The notes: generated from the sequence alone by a model not told the origin. 64,000 bases of DNA from Sedimentisphaeraceae bacterium JB056 (GCA_044440125.1 JBITAJ010000022.1:32001-96000); one strand, 5' to 3'; shown: positions 20,565 through 31,072, counted from the first letter of the stretch. Numbers and translations: made by a program.

Positions 20565-21683
20565 ATGAACAATACAAATAATGAGTCACAATCAGATGAC
20601 AGACTTGAGTCGTTAGATGTACTTCGCGGATTTGACATATTCTGGATTGTAGGTGGCGGTGGACTGTTAACCGCAATAATTCACTGTCTCAACATCCCAT
20701 CTCTAAATCGCATTCTCCCACATCTGGAATACTCTCGCTGGAACGGCTTTACTGCCTGGGACCTTATATTTCCACTCTTCATTTTCATATCAGGCGTAGC
20801 GATGCCCTTTTCGTTTGAAAAGTATATACGGAATGAACAAAAAACAACCCTGTATCTAAAAGTTCTTAAGAGAGCCGCAATTCTTGTTGTTCTTGGGTGT
20901 ATTTACAATGGCCTGCTCCAAACACTTGACTTCAGCAGTGCACGATATCTCAGTGTTTTAGGCCTTATCGGAATGGCTTATTTCTGGTCTTCGATTGTGG
21001 TAATGAATTTTAAACCGGCTATACAGGTTTCAATAGCTGCAATAATACTTATAAGCTATTATCTAATACTGACTTATGCTCATGTGCCTGGCTATGGGGC
21101 CGGGGTGCTGACAATGGAAGGGAATTTCGCGTCATATATTGATCGGACAATAGTACCCGGCAGATTATTGGCAGGCGCAAGTGACCCAGAAGGATTGCTT
21201 ATGACATTCCCTGCGTCTGTTCTTGCGATAATAGGTGCAGTATGCGGTAATTTCTTAAAAAAAGACATAAATCCATACAAAAAGATAACATACATTATTG
21301 CAGCGGCAACAGTGTGTCTGATAACCGGATTAATTTGGGATAAAACATTCCCGATAAATAAAAGACTCTGGACAAGTTCTTTTGTTGTCTATGCATCAGG
21401 ATACTCATTGATTCTAATGGCTATATTTTATCTTGTTGTAGATATATGGCAAATTCGCAAGTTGTTCTTCCCGTTTCTCTTGATCGGACTAAACCCAATA
21501 GCCATTTATATATGTGCTCACAAATTGATAGATTTCGAAAGTATGTCAAGATTTCTATTCGGTGGATTACTTATTATATCACCGAATCAATTTGAACCTA
21601 TAATAACCGCCATTTCGATACTAATTTGCGAATTATTGTTTCTGTATGTACTATATCGAAAGAAACTGGCCTTCAAAATATAA
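20565..21683 (+). CDS. HGSNAT-like (DUF5009-type) membrane acyltransferase
   Basis: RLESLDVLRG, WNGFTAWDLIFPLFIFISG, DPEGLL, PINKRLWTSSF. Confidence 0.82.
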   Translation: MNNTNNESQSDDRLESLDVLRGFDIFWIVGGGGLLTAIIHCLNIPSLNRILPHLEYSRWNGFTAWDLIFPLFIFISGVAMPFSFEKYIRNEQKTTLYLKVLKRAAILVVLGCIYNGLLQTLDFSSARYLSVLGLIGMAYFWSSIVVMNFKPAIQVSIAAIILISYYLILTYAHVPGYGAGVLTMEGNFASYIDRTIVPGRLLAGASDPEGLLMTFPASVLAIIGAVCGNFLKKDINPYKKITYIIAAATVCLITGLIWDKTFPINKRLWTSSFVVYASGYSLILMAIFYLVVDIWQIRKLFFPFLLIGLNPIAIYICAHKLIDFESMSRFLFGGLLIISPNQFEPIITAISILICELLFLYVLYRKKLAFKI

Positions 21684-21686
21684 AGA

Positions 21687-22511
21687 TCAGGAAAACTGAG
21701 ACCCTATTAAAGACAGTACTAAATTAGAGCCGTTAAACATTGCATGAAGAAATATTGACTGCAAAAGTGAACCGCTCTTTTCATATACGTACCCAAGTAC
21801 ACATGAAAAGAGAAATAACGCGGGCCAATGCATCCACAATGTACCTCCATGCACAATAGCAAAAAATACAGATGTCATAAATATTGCTCCCCACCTGTTC
21901 TGGATATTTTCAGAAACTTTGGTCTGCACAAATCCTCTAAAAAGAATTTCCTCAAGCAGCGGAGCCACAAATACAACGATTATGCTTATAAATACGATAA
22001 CCAATTGAGAACTTGCAGTATTGGCGTAATCAAGCATGGGATGCGAAGGCACATTCATTTTCCCATTGGTCAAATAAGGAACCAATGCCGTTATACATAT
22101 CATCATTGCCGTAACGGCAGGCCAAGACTGAACAAGAACGCCAAATGCTCTTTTAAAATCTCTTTTTGCCGTTTTAAAATCAATACCAAAGCCAGAAAGA
22201 CCTCCATTAAAAAATGCCGCGGCAAGTGTAAGCGATAAAAAAGAAGTAAGCACCGATGAAACGGCAAGAGATGTCTGATTTATTATGGGATCATCCTTAT
22301 CTGAAATACCGGTAATCAGCATCAACGCACGAGCAACAACAAACATAGTAAATATCCATACACCAAAAAGGAAGAATGGTGCCCATAAAGGAAGACAGTT
22401 GTCCCGAATCGGCGAATTATTAAAACTTTCACGCCCCCAGTTATTTCTCTCTACCCATCCGGCAAAGAATATTATAGCCAAAACAGATGTAATAATACCC
22501 CATATAAGCAT
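21687..22511 (-). CDS. CPBP/Abi (CAAX-like) intramembrane metalloprotease
   Basis: APLLEEILFRG, FAIVH, HAMFN. Confidence 0.88.
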   Translation of the reverse strand: MLIWGIITSVLAIIFFAGWVERNNWGRESFNNSPIRDNCLPLWAPFFLFGVWIFTMFVVARALMLITGISDKDDPIINQTSLAVSSVLTSFLSLTLAAAFFNGGLSGFGIDFKTAKRDFKRAFGVLVQSWPAVTAMMICITALVPYLTNGKMNVPSHPMLDYANTASSQLVIVFISIIVVFVAPLLEEILFRGFVQTKVSENIQNRWGAIFMTSVFFAIVHGGTLWMHWPALFLFSCVLGYVYEKSGSLLQSIFLHAMFNGSNLVLSLIGSQFS

Positions 22512-22618
22512 AAAATGACCTTATTTATAGATTTTGTCTTGAATTAAAATTATGAATATATTATATTGAGAATGGTATTATAATCAAATCAATAAAAGAC
22601 TTAAAATGGACTTGAGAT

Positions 22619-23884
22619 ATGGATATCTTCAAAATTCATGGCAGGACAAGGCTGTCCGGTGAGATCACTACAAGCGGCTCAAAAAATGCCGCTCTTCCTA
22701 TCCTTGCAGCAACCTTGCTGACAAAAGGAACCTCGGTTATCAAAAATGTACCGTTGCTCTCTGATACTTCTTTCATGGCCAAAATCCTTGAAATATTAGG
22801 CTGTCAATGCAATCGGGATGGAACAACTGTTACAATAAATACTGACAATGAAATAAAACCATTTGGTGATTATGACATTGTGCGAAAAATGCGTGCCAGC
22901 ATCTGTATATTAGGCCCCCTTCTTGCACGTTGCGGCAAAGTAGAAGTTTCTATGCCCGGAGGCTGCGCAATTGGCGACAGGCCTATAGATATGCATCTGA
23001 GAGGCCTCAAAGCTCTTGGCGCGGAGATACATCTTGATAACGGCTACATCGTAGCAACGGCTCCCAATGGTCTTAAAGGGACACAGATATTCTTAGGCGG
23101 ACCATTTGGTTCAAGCGTACTTGGAACAGCGAATGTTGCAATGGCAGCGACACTTGCCGAAGGCACAACAACCATAGAATGCGCTGCGTGTGAGCCTGAA
23201 ATAGAGGACCTTTGCGGTTTACTTATTGCAATGGGAGCAAAAATCAAAGGCAAAGGCACCCCAAGACTTACGATTGAAGGAGTAAAAGAACTTCATCCGG
23301 TAGACTATAAAGTGATTCCCGACAGAATAGAAGCCGGCACTTTTATGATAGCGGCAGCTATTACAGGCGGAGAGCTTGAGATTACAGATTGCGACTGCAA
23401 TCATCTGGTTGCGGCGGTAGATACGCTGAGCAGAATGGGAACAGAAATCAAGACAACTGACAAAGGCTGTTTCGTCAGCCATAAAGGACATATACTGCCT
23501 GCAGACATAACTACCCAGCCCTACCCGGGATTCCCTACCGATCTTCAAGCACAATTCATGGCAATGCTTGCTATGGCAAACGGCAATAGCGTTGTAACTG
23601 AAAAGATATATCCTGACAGGTTCATGCATATAGCCGAACTTAACAGAATGGGAGCATCACTGAGAAAAGAAGGTCCGTGTACAATAGTCAACGGCGTTGA
23701 AAAGTTGACCAGTGCACCAATAATGGCATCAGACCTGAGAGCCAGTGCCGCACTGGTGCTTGCGGCGATGGCAGCCGAAGGTGAAACAATCATAAACAGG
23801 GTCTACCATATAGATCGCGGTTACGAAAAGATTGAAGAAAAACTTAATGCTGTAGGCGCCAAAATAATACGCGAAAATATATAA
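22619..23884 (+). CDS. murA: UDP-N-acetylglucosamine 1-carboxyvinyltransferase
   Basis: SGSKNAALP, KMRAS, PGGCAIGDRP, PGFPTDLQAQ, DLRASA, HIDRGY. Confidence 0.97.
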   Translation: MDIFKIHGRTRLSGEITTSGSKNAALPILAATLLTKGTSVIKNVPLLSDTSFMAKILEILGCQCNRDGTTVTINTDNEIKPFGDYDIVRKMRASICILGPLLARCGKVEVSMPGGCAIGDRPIDMHLRGLKALGAEIHLDNGYIVATAPNGLKGTQIFLGGPFGSSVLGTANVAMAATLAEGTTTIECAACEPEIEDLCGLLIAMGAKIKGKGTPRLTIEGVKELHPVDYKVIPDRIEAGTFMIAAAITGGELEITDCDCNHLVAAVDTLSRMGTEIKTTDKGCFVSHKGHILPADITTQPYPGFPTDLQAQFMAMLAMANGNSVVTEKIYPDRFMHIAELNRMGASLRKEGPCTIVNGVEKLTSAPIMASDLRASAALVLAAMAAEGETIINRVYHIDRGYEKIEEKLNAVGAKIIRENI

Positions 23885-23921
23885 AAAAAGGCTGTTGCAA
23901 TTTAGAACGCAACAGCCTTTT
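23885..23921. terminator. Bidirectional intrinsic terminator between convergent genes
   Basis: AAAAGGCTGTTGC...GCAACAGCCTTTT with A/T tracts on both sides. Confidence 0.8.
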
Positions 23922-23943
23922 AAGTTTTATTCAGATAGCAAAA

Positions 23944-25470
23944 TCATTCTTCTATCCCGTATTTCTTTTTCTGATGTGCAGGTATGGAATCAAGTATTTT
24001 TCGTGCCTCGGCTTCATAAGTCGTACCGGGGAATTTCTCTATAACCTCAAAACAACTCTCTGCGACTCTTCTTGAACTTCCAAGCCTAGTATGAGAGCCT
24101 CTGAACATCCTTGCCGCATTAAGTAGCTTCTCAGCTTCAACCTGCTGTTCAGGTTTCAAGTTATTGGTATTTTCCTGACGTTGCTGATCGGTAAGCTCCT
24201 CTTGCTCTTTCACTTCCTCAGTATCTTTTTCCGGTTCTGGCAAAGAATTACTGTCCGCAACTTTCTCTTTGGGCTGTGTAGACGGCAGTTCACCCATCAT
24301 GCCAGGCATACCCATTCCGTGCATATCCATTCCACCAGATGGTGCCGACTTTTTCTCTATCTCCCTTTCTTTCTGGCTTCCGGGGACAAGGTGGTTTAGA
24401 AGCATAACCGGCAGAAAACCTTCTGAAGACCCAGCATACAGCACTTTATTATCCTTGCCAATCACAAGCATCAATGCACCTGTCATTTTTATTGCCTGAC
24501 CAACTTCCTTGCTCATTGCATCAATACCGGCAGCAGGGATTGGCTGCGGTGATGGAGAGTTTGTCTTTAAGAACTCATTTAAAACTACTGTCTCATCAAC
24601 ATTTATTGATAGAAAATCAACCTTGTCCTTTGCAATATTGTTTTCATAGAGAGAGCTGAAAGCCGTAACTTCCTTTTTAATTTCTTCAGGGTTTACCGGC
24701 TCTTTGTTAATCAGCTCTTCAACTACTGCCCTTTTTTCAGGAGGCAGTTGCTCTTTCATTGCTTTTAGTTTCTCAAAGTTCTCAGTATCGATTGGCTCCG
24801 GCTTCAATGTCCATAGTAAAACACAGCTATATGAGTCCTCAATTGCATTTTCAGACGTTTTAGGAACAGGCACCTCCCTGCCTATCAATATGCGTGAGAA
24901 TTCCGGCACATCAACGTCCAGATCAGAGCTGTCCATAACTGGGTTTTCCATATCACGCCTCTTCTTGACCAGTCGCAATATCATCTCTTTTGATTTAGGC
25001 TGTCTGCCAGAAAGTACAGAGAACACAACGGCCGAATCGTATGCGTTACCGCTAAGAGGATTTAACATGCAGCTTCTTTCAGTTCGCTTAAGAGCTTCTA
25101 CTGGATCTGATTCTGTGAAATACGTAGTCCACGCCTCTAAAAGCATCAAAACAGACTGCTGCTCTTTTTCCAGCAATCGATAAACTCTTCTGGCTGCCAT
25201 AAAATCTTTTGATATTTCTGAAAGTTTATCTTCGTCGATACTCTGATTTGAAGAAACTGCAGAAAGCATAAAAGCAAGATTATCTTCCGCCTTTGAATAT
25301 ACCTGTTCAGCCTGCTCTTTCTGTTCCCTTAACCTGTCCTCTCTTGAACTGCGTTGGCGAGTATTTGTTGACCTGGAATCTCTATCAAGATCAAAACCAT
25401 CTTCACACAAACCTATGTTAGCCAATATAATAATACCGAGAAGAAAATACAATCTCATAATCAACCTCAT
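23944..25470 (-). CDS. Exported hypothetical protein, possibly with a degenerate thioredoxin-like domain
   Basis: Signal peptide, helical N-terminal region, redoxin-like segments (VDFLSINVDE, LVIGKDNKVLYAG), Met/Gly-rich and acidic linker; 508 aa. Confidence 0.75.
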   Translation of the reverse strand: MRLIMRLYFLLGIIILANIGLCEDGFDLDRDSRSTNTRQRSSREDRLREQKEQAEQVYSKAEDNLAFMLSAVSSNQSIDEDKLSEISKDFMAARRVYRLLEKEQQSVLMLLEAWTTYFTESDPVEALKRTERSCMLNPLSGNAYDSAVVFSVLSGRQPKSKEMILRLVKKRRDMENPVMDSSDLDVDVPEFSRILIGREVPVPKTSENAIEDSYSCVLLWTLKPEPIDTENFEKLKAMKEQLPPEKRAVVEELINKEPVNPEEIKKEVTAFSSLYENNIAKDKVDFLSINVDETVVLNEFLKTNSPSPQPIPAAGIDAMSKEVGQAIKMTGALMLVIGKDNKVLYAGSSEGFLPVMLLNHLVPGSQKEREIEKKSAPSGGMDMHGMGMPGMMGELPSTQPKEKVADSNSLPEPEKDTEEVKEQEELTDQQRQENTNNLKPEQQVEAEKLLNAARMFRGSHTRLGSSRRVAESCFEVIEKFPGTTYEAEARKILDSIPAHQKKKYGIEE

Positions 25471-25593
25471 CTTTTATAAATACAATTAACTTATGCCTAT
25501 AATTTTAACATTTTACAATATAAAAAAAAGAAAATTCCATATTATGTGGCTCTCAACACTTGCCTTATTTGACACGAGAAAACCACAAACTTA

Positions 25594-25628
25594 AAAAGGC
25601 CGTTACAACAATCGTCATAACAGCCTTT
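25594..25628 (-). terminator. Putative intrinsic terminator
   Basis: AAAGGCCGTTA...TAACAGCCTTT inverted repeat downstream of the GDSL gene, with a U-tract on the minus strand. Confidence 0.5.
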
Positions 25629-25650
25629 GAATTCAATACTTAGCCATATT

Positions 25651-26358
25651 TTATTCAGATAGAAGCTTGTCTATCAGAACTCTGATATTGTCAGTCCATA
25701 TTTTGTAGCCTGCGTCATTGAGGTGAAGCTTATCTTCTCTATAAAGCTTTGGATCAGGTTTTCCATCTTTGCCAAACAGGATAGAGGCCGCATCGAAATA
25801 ATACAGTTTATCTTCCTTCTCAGCAGTTTGTTTCAGCATTTGATTCGCCTCAGCAAAATCACCACTTCTATCAGCACGCGACTGGCTCATTTTGGTTGCC
25901 ATCACGATAACATCAACATTGGGATAAATTTCACGTATCGTTGAATATAATGCATCGAAATCTGACGAAATGCGTTCTGGCGACTTGCCCCAATAAGGAT
26001 CATTATCTCCTGAATACAGCACGATAACCTTTGGGTTGTACGGCTTGATAAGCGTATCGGCCCAGTAAATAATATCAGAATATATTGAACCGCCAAAACC
26101 CCTGTTTATAACCGGAAGATCAGGAAAGCATTCCCTTGTCTTCCAAAGATTGATACTTGAACTTCCAACAAACAAAATACCGTTTTCAGGGAAGGTATTT
26201 TCTGAGTCCCAGTTGCGAAAATCCGCCATTACCTTTTCCCATCTTTTTGCCGACTCCATGCTTTTCTGGTCAGCAGGCATTTTCGAATCAGCCAAACTGA
26301 CACCTGCAATCACAAGCAGCATTGCTGTGATGAGACACTTATTAAATCTTTTCACCAT
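25651..26358 (-). CDS. SGNH/GDSL hydrolase (esterase), exported
   Basis: FVGSSSI, NRGFGGS, YSGDND, EDKLHLN. Confidence 0.88.
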   Translation of the reverse strand: MVKRFNKCLITAMLLVIAGVSLADSKMPADQKSMESAKRWEKVMADFRNWDSENTFPENGILFVGSSSINLWKTRECFPDLPVINRGFGGSIYSDIIYWADTLIKPYNPKVIVLYSGDNDPYWGKSPERISSDFDALYSTIREIYPNVDVIVMATKMSQSRADRSGDFAEANQMLKQTAEKEDKLYYFDAASILFGKDGKPDPKLYREDKLHLNDAGYKIWTDNIRVLIDKLLSE

Positions 26359-26464
26359 TTAATTATCTCCTGAATAAAATTATAAAATATTAAAACGACA
26401 AAACTTAATAATATCTTCAAGAGTAAATTTTTCAAGCAGTTTATTAAAATATTATTCAGCAAAA

Positions 26465-26500
26465 TTCAGACCCCATTACTCAACAATAATGGGGTTTGAA
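26465..26500 (-). terminator. Putative intrinsic terminator
   Basis: TTCAGACCCCATTA...TAATGGGGTTTGAA hairpin followed by TTTT on the minus strand. Confidence 0.6.
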
Positions 26501-26523
26501 TAGCAATCAGTCATTAAAAAGTT

Positions 26524-28071
26524 TTATGGGAATAGATTGATATTGTCTATATAGATTGTCCCGCTTCCTCCTGCTGAAGGATTGAACGGGTTACCTACAC
26601 CAATTTTGATCGTATCAATCGAATTGAGATTTATATTGGAATTTGCCGTAACAATATCACTGAACTGTATATACCATATTTGCCATGATTCAGTTAGGGT
26701 TACGTTTGAAATAGGGCATACAAGTGCTGCTTGTTGCTCACCGTCATCCAGAGTTACGTATATATATTCGTTGGAGTTGGCCGAATCACCATATATCCAG
26801 ACAGACATTTTCGTTGCTCCAGAGCAGAGAAAATCACCATTGAACGGACAACTGATTGATGTTGCACTTCCAAGATATGGACTTGAGCTGTTATCATAAG
26901 TTATAGACATTGATGCAGAGCCTCTTGCCGGGTTTGAACAAGGCGAAAGCTGAACATTATCAGCGATCCATTCCGAATCCAGTGAGGCCTGATCTGAATA
27001 CTCAAACCAGAAAATCTTGAGATAATCACGGACATAAAAAGTCCAAACGTCTCCCTCAACAATAGTCGATTCCTTAAGTTCATCAACCCGCCAGTAATAA
27101 TCGGTGTCAAAGTCGAGGTTGGTAAGGCGAAGTTCCGGTACAGCAGTACCAGCGGCGGCTATTGCAAGGTCATCGGCGGATGTGCCAAGGTAAACATTCC
27201 ATGTTCTGCCTGTTGCGCCTGGCTGCCAGCTTAGTTCTGTAATCGTATAAGATGATGAATTTTCGGCTGGTGAAGGTGATGAAACAGCCCATATGTCTGT
27301 ATTATTAGGTGAGCAGACAATTGTCCAATATCCGTCATAAGATATTACTGGTGCTTGGGTACCGCTGTCGGTTAATATAAGGCCGCTGCTGATAAGGTCA
27401 CTTATTTCATCTCTTAGATCACCTTTAACTTTGAGTGTTGCGTTATCTTCGATGTTTATACTTACATCCTCGCCGCTTCCCATAACGAGGTTGTTCACTT
27501 CAAGTACGCCTCTTTCGTCTATATTTACTCGCACCATTATATCATCACCGGTATCTCCGGGGATGACAAATCCGCTTTGTCTGTAAGTTGTGCTTCCTTC
27601 TGTGGTAACATACATACGAGCATTGTCGGTTATATTGAGTCTGGCAACAGATATTGAGCTTCCAGAAGGTGTTCCATATCCTAATGCCATTGATGCTGTC
27701 TGCACATAAGCGTCACCGCTGAGATTGATCTCGCAACCTTTATCGTAGTCGCTTGTTATGGAACCGGCAACATACCAGTAGCCGTTACAAACAAAACTGC
27801 CGCCGGTATAGTTCACTGTTGTTAATGTATTGTTATAGGCTGAACCGTCCATGAAAAGCATTCGACTGACAGTTATTTCATCTCCATCTATTACTTCCAG
27901 TATTTCTCCATATCCCTGAATCTTCAATTGATTTGATGAATCTGGGTAGCCGAGCGTCCAGTTGCTCGTATTTGTCCAGAGATTATTGCCTCCCGAACCA
28001 GTCCATTCGTTTGCGGCATAAACCGAAACTGCAAGAAAAAATATTATTATAGTGAGTAGTATATTTTTCAT
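26524..28071 (-). CDS. Secreted modular protein: N-terminal beta-rich domain, Fn3-like domain, CBM-like domain
   Basis: Signal peptide; LSWQPG..WNVYLGT..YYWRVDE..GDVWTF; C-terminal GSGTIYIDNI; N-terminal domain shared with the neighbouring gene. Confidence 0.8.
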   Translation of the reverse strand: MKNILLTIIIFFLAVSVYAANEWTGSGGNNLWTNTSNWTLGYPDSSNQLKIQGYGEILEVIDGDEITVSRMLFMDGSAYNNTLTTVNYTGGSFVCNGYWYVAGSITSDYDKGCEINLSGDAYVQTASMALGYGTPSGSSISVARLNITDNARMYVTTEGSTTYRQSGFVIPGDTGDDIMVRVNIDERGVLEVNNLVMGSGEDVSINIEDNATLKVKGDLRDEISDLISSGLILTDSGTQAPVISYDGYWTIVCSPNNTDIWAVSSPSPAENSSSYTITELSWQPGATGRTWNVYLGTSADDLAIAAAGTAVPELRLTNLDFDTDYYWRVDELKESTIVEGDVWTFYVRDYLKIFWFEYSDQASLDSEWIADNVQLSPCSNPARGSASMSITYDNSSSPYLGSATSISCPFNGDFLCSGATKMSVWIYGDSANSNEYIYVTLDDGEQQAALVCPISNVTLTESWQIWYIQFSDIVTANSNINLNSIDTIKIGVGNPFNPSAGGSGTIYIDNINLFP

Positions 28072-28111
28072 AAATTATCTCCTGTATTTTGATTAATAGA
28101 TTCAACTTTTA

Positions 28112-30616
28112 TTATGGCCATACACCGTTGACTATGGCAGTTAGTGTGAAATCATCAGGATCCAATACAACATGTTTTATTCTGAGCCTGTGCCAAGTGT
28201 AAACAACATGAATGAGTCCATCGCTGGATTGAATTATGGATGGATATGAATACTCACCAGGGTCATCTTCCAATATTAATGCCGCGTACCAGTCTGTACC
28301 ATTATAGCTTACTGCAATATTTAGCGGTGTCCTTGGCCCCGACCAGCTTGTCCCGGCAATGCTATGATTATAAACCAATACATGACGCCCATCACTTAAA
28401 GTTACAGCGTCAATGCCAGAGTTGTTGCTTGGCATCGTGGTCAATGAAATATTGGACCATGTTTCACCGCTGTCATATGAATATGACTGGGCTATCTTAT
28501 CTTCCATTGTTCTGAAAAGAGCTTGCAGAGTAGTGCTTGAATGGAAGAGAATAGTTGACTGTATTACACCCTCATAATCGTTGGGATTTGGATATGTATA
28601 TTTATCCCAATCATCGATATCTGCGAAATCAGCAATTACTGTTGTTATCTGCACATTATTGTCTGATGGGCATAATATTGAACCATCGGATAGCTCAACC
28701 GGCTTATTTTTGCTTGGGCCATATATACCTGAAGGCAGATCGATTGCCTGAGACCATGTGCTGCCATTATCATTTGAAGTGAGCAGTCTTCCCTTGAGTG
28801 AAGAGCCTAAAACTCCTATTTTATAGAACAGCATTAATTTGCCTGTGGAATGCTTGAAGAGCAATGGGTTGAAAAGAGTGTCGCGTTCAGGGAACAGCAT
28901 TGGTCCCTGTGCAAGCATTACCGGCTCGGACCAGCTTGTACCGTTATATTTTGTAAACCATATACCAACATCAATATGACCTTCACAAGTGCCGCCAAAC
29001 CATGCTGCTGCCAGATTACCGCTGCCAAGATCAACTATAGTCGATGCGTGACATTCAGGGTAAGGAGGGTTTGAGTATAGGAATTCACTGCTCTCATACC
29101 CATCCTGACTTTCAAGGTCGGAACTTGTGTCATAAATAGCCGTCTCAGGGTCGCACGCCCCCCTTACATCTAAAAGTCGTGCCCTGTTAGTAGTAATGGA
29201 GACATTTCTTATCTCTCCATCGAAGAATTGACCGTAGTCTCCTGATGACCTGTAAAGTCCTCCGATTGTTAATGGACCGGTAGTATTAGTAAGAGTCCCA
29301 ACATCTGGTGAACCTCTTGTCACAATTCCGTCAACAATAACCTGAGTGTTATAATATTGGAACTGATTTTCCCATGTCGCAATTACTTTATGCCATTTAC
29401 CTGTCTCAACAGAGTTTCTGCTTAAAGCTGCTCCGTAGCCGTTTGAACCGCCAAGATACAGTCCTACACGTCCTTCTGGCGACATATATAGTTGGTAGCC
29501 AGTATTGGTGGAGCCTTCTGTTTTTCTGACAAGCTGGCATTGTTTAAGTGTATCAGGTTTGAACTCAACTTCGATAGTCAGAGATTCAAAACCGTTGCCG
29601 TTATCATGGCCGGTAAGAATGTCACTGTCGTTGACTTTGAGCATTGTATTTGTTTGCGTGCTGTCTGATAGCGTGTTGTCGAAGATTAAAACACCACAAT
29701 TCTCATCTTTACTTATATCAATTGAGGTGGATTGCCACGAAAGAACGTTTGCCCTTAAACCGCATATGCTGTCATCGAGATATGTTACAGTCCCGGCATC
29801 ATAATCTGGTATATTCCATACTGCAATACTATCAAGTAAAGCATTGTTAGGAGAAACAACGTAAGTATCAACTCCGTTATAGGCAACTACCGGTTCATTG
29901 AGCATGTCATCTACAAAAATTTGATTATTTGCAATGAGCGTATTAAGTTCGGTAACTTTGTTGCCTGCTACTCTAAGAGAACCGTTTTCACCAATATTTA
30001 TAGATACGTCTTCGTTTGAACCCATGACGAGATTGTTAACTTGCAGTACTCCATTACCTGTAATTTCAACCCTAACCATGACGGATTTATTCAGATCTCC
30101 AGGCAGTACGAAGCCGCTTGTCCTGTAGACATCGCCGCCTGTATTGCTTACATACAAATATGCCTGATCGGTTATATTGAGTCGTACGACTGATTTGGAA
30201 TTTCCGGAGGCTGTCCCAATTCCCAAAGCCATTGAAGGTGTTTCAACATATGCCTTACCGCTGATATTTATTTCACAGCCTTTGTTTATATCGCTTGTGA
30301 TACAGTTAGCAACATACCAGTATCCATTGCATTTGAAGTCACCTCCGGTATAATTGACCATTGTGGATGTGTCATTATAGGTAGAGCCGTCCATAAACAG
30401 CATTCTGCTTACGGTTATATCGTCACCGTTTACAACCATCGCCACTTCGCCGTCACCTTGAATTTTCAACTGATTTGTTGTGTCAGGAAAACTTCCGTCC
30501 CAGTTATCTGGATTTGTCCACAGGTCATTGTTTCCTGAGCCTGTCCAGATATTAGCGGAAAAGGCGGGCAAAATAAATGCCGCCAAAAATAAAATAACCA
30601 ACATTTTCTTAATCAT
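28112..30616 (-). CDS. Secreted LamG + BNR/Asp-box sialidase-like hydrolase
   Basis: Signal peptide; LamG (WHKVIATW, LTIGG, FDGEIRNV); CHASTI, AAWFGG..EG, Asp boxes SNDNGSTW and SYDSGETW, EYSYPS. Confidence 0.82.
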   Translation of the reverse strand: MIKKMLVILFLAAFILPAFSANIWTGSGNNDLWTNPDNWDGSFPDTTNQLKIQGDGEVAMVVNGDDITVSRMLFMDGSTYNDTSTMVNYTGGDFKCNGYWYVANCITSDINKGCEINISGKAYVETPSMALGIGTASGNSKSVVRLNITDQAYLYVSNTGGDVYRTSGFVLPGDLNKSVMVRVEITGNGVLQVNNLVMGSNEDVSINIGENGSLRVAGNKVTELNTLIANNQIFVDDMLNEPVVAYNGVDTYVVSPNNALLDSIAVWNIPDYDAGTVTYLDDSICGLRANVLSWQSTSIDISKDENCGVLIFDNTLSDSTQTNTMLKVNDSDILTGHDNGNGFESLTIEVEFKPDTLKQCQLVRKTEGSTNTGYQLYMSPEGRVGLYLGGSNGYGAALSRNSVETGKWHKVIATWENQFQYYNTQVIVDGIVTRGSPDVGTLTNTTGPLTIGGLYRSSGDYGQFFDGEIRNVSITTNRARLLDVRGACDPETAIYDTSSDLESQDGYESSEFLYSNPPYPECHASTIVDLGSGNLAAAWFGGTCEGHIDVGIWFTKYNGTSWSEPVMLAQGPMLFPERDTLFNPLLFKHSTGKLMLFYKIGVLGSSLKGRLLTSNDNGSTWSQAIDLPSGIYGPSKNKPVELSDGSILCPSDNNVQITTVIADFADIDDWDKYTYPNPNDYEGVIQSTILFHSSTTLQALFRTMEDKIAQSYSYDSGETWSNISLTTMPSNNSGIDAVTLSDGRHVLVYNHSIAGTSWSGPRTPLNIAVSYNGTDWYAALILEDDPGEYSYPSIIQSSDGLIHVVYTWHRLRIKHVVLDPDDFTLTAIVNGVWP

Positions 30617-31072
30617 AGAATTACTCCTTTTAGAAAATAGAATTCACGATTTAGAGACACACTTAGTGCCGCTCACAAACTAAAAGAAACAGATCTGTTT
30701 TCAAAAGCAAAGCCAGACAGTATGTGGGATTAAGTTAAAACAACATTATATGTGTTTGTATGAAACCAAGCTCCTTATTAAAACCACAACCATGAAATGA
30801 GATTGCTCAAACTGCAGGCAAAATATAGAATATCAACTGAAATTACAATCTCACTTTTTATAATAACTGAGTGTATCAAATTAAAATAGCTGTTACAATC
30901 CCACTAATAAACTTTTCTTTAGCACAAAACAGGACTTTAACACCTTTATATCTGATTTGAAATTAACTTGGACGGCCTGCATTGAAATATTATTATTGAC
31001 CTTCTGATCGTTTTAGGCTATTGTATACTTGTGTGTTCTTAATACTTTGAGTCTATATTTTAAGAGGTTGCT

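Noticed and set aside
30671..30690. TTTC(T)TTTAGTTTGTG(A/G)GC shared between the sialidase-like gene leader (minus strand) and the sRNA candidate (2912-2930)
   Set aside because: Short T-rich match with no flanking similarity; compatible with chance.
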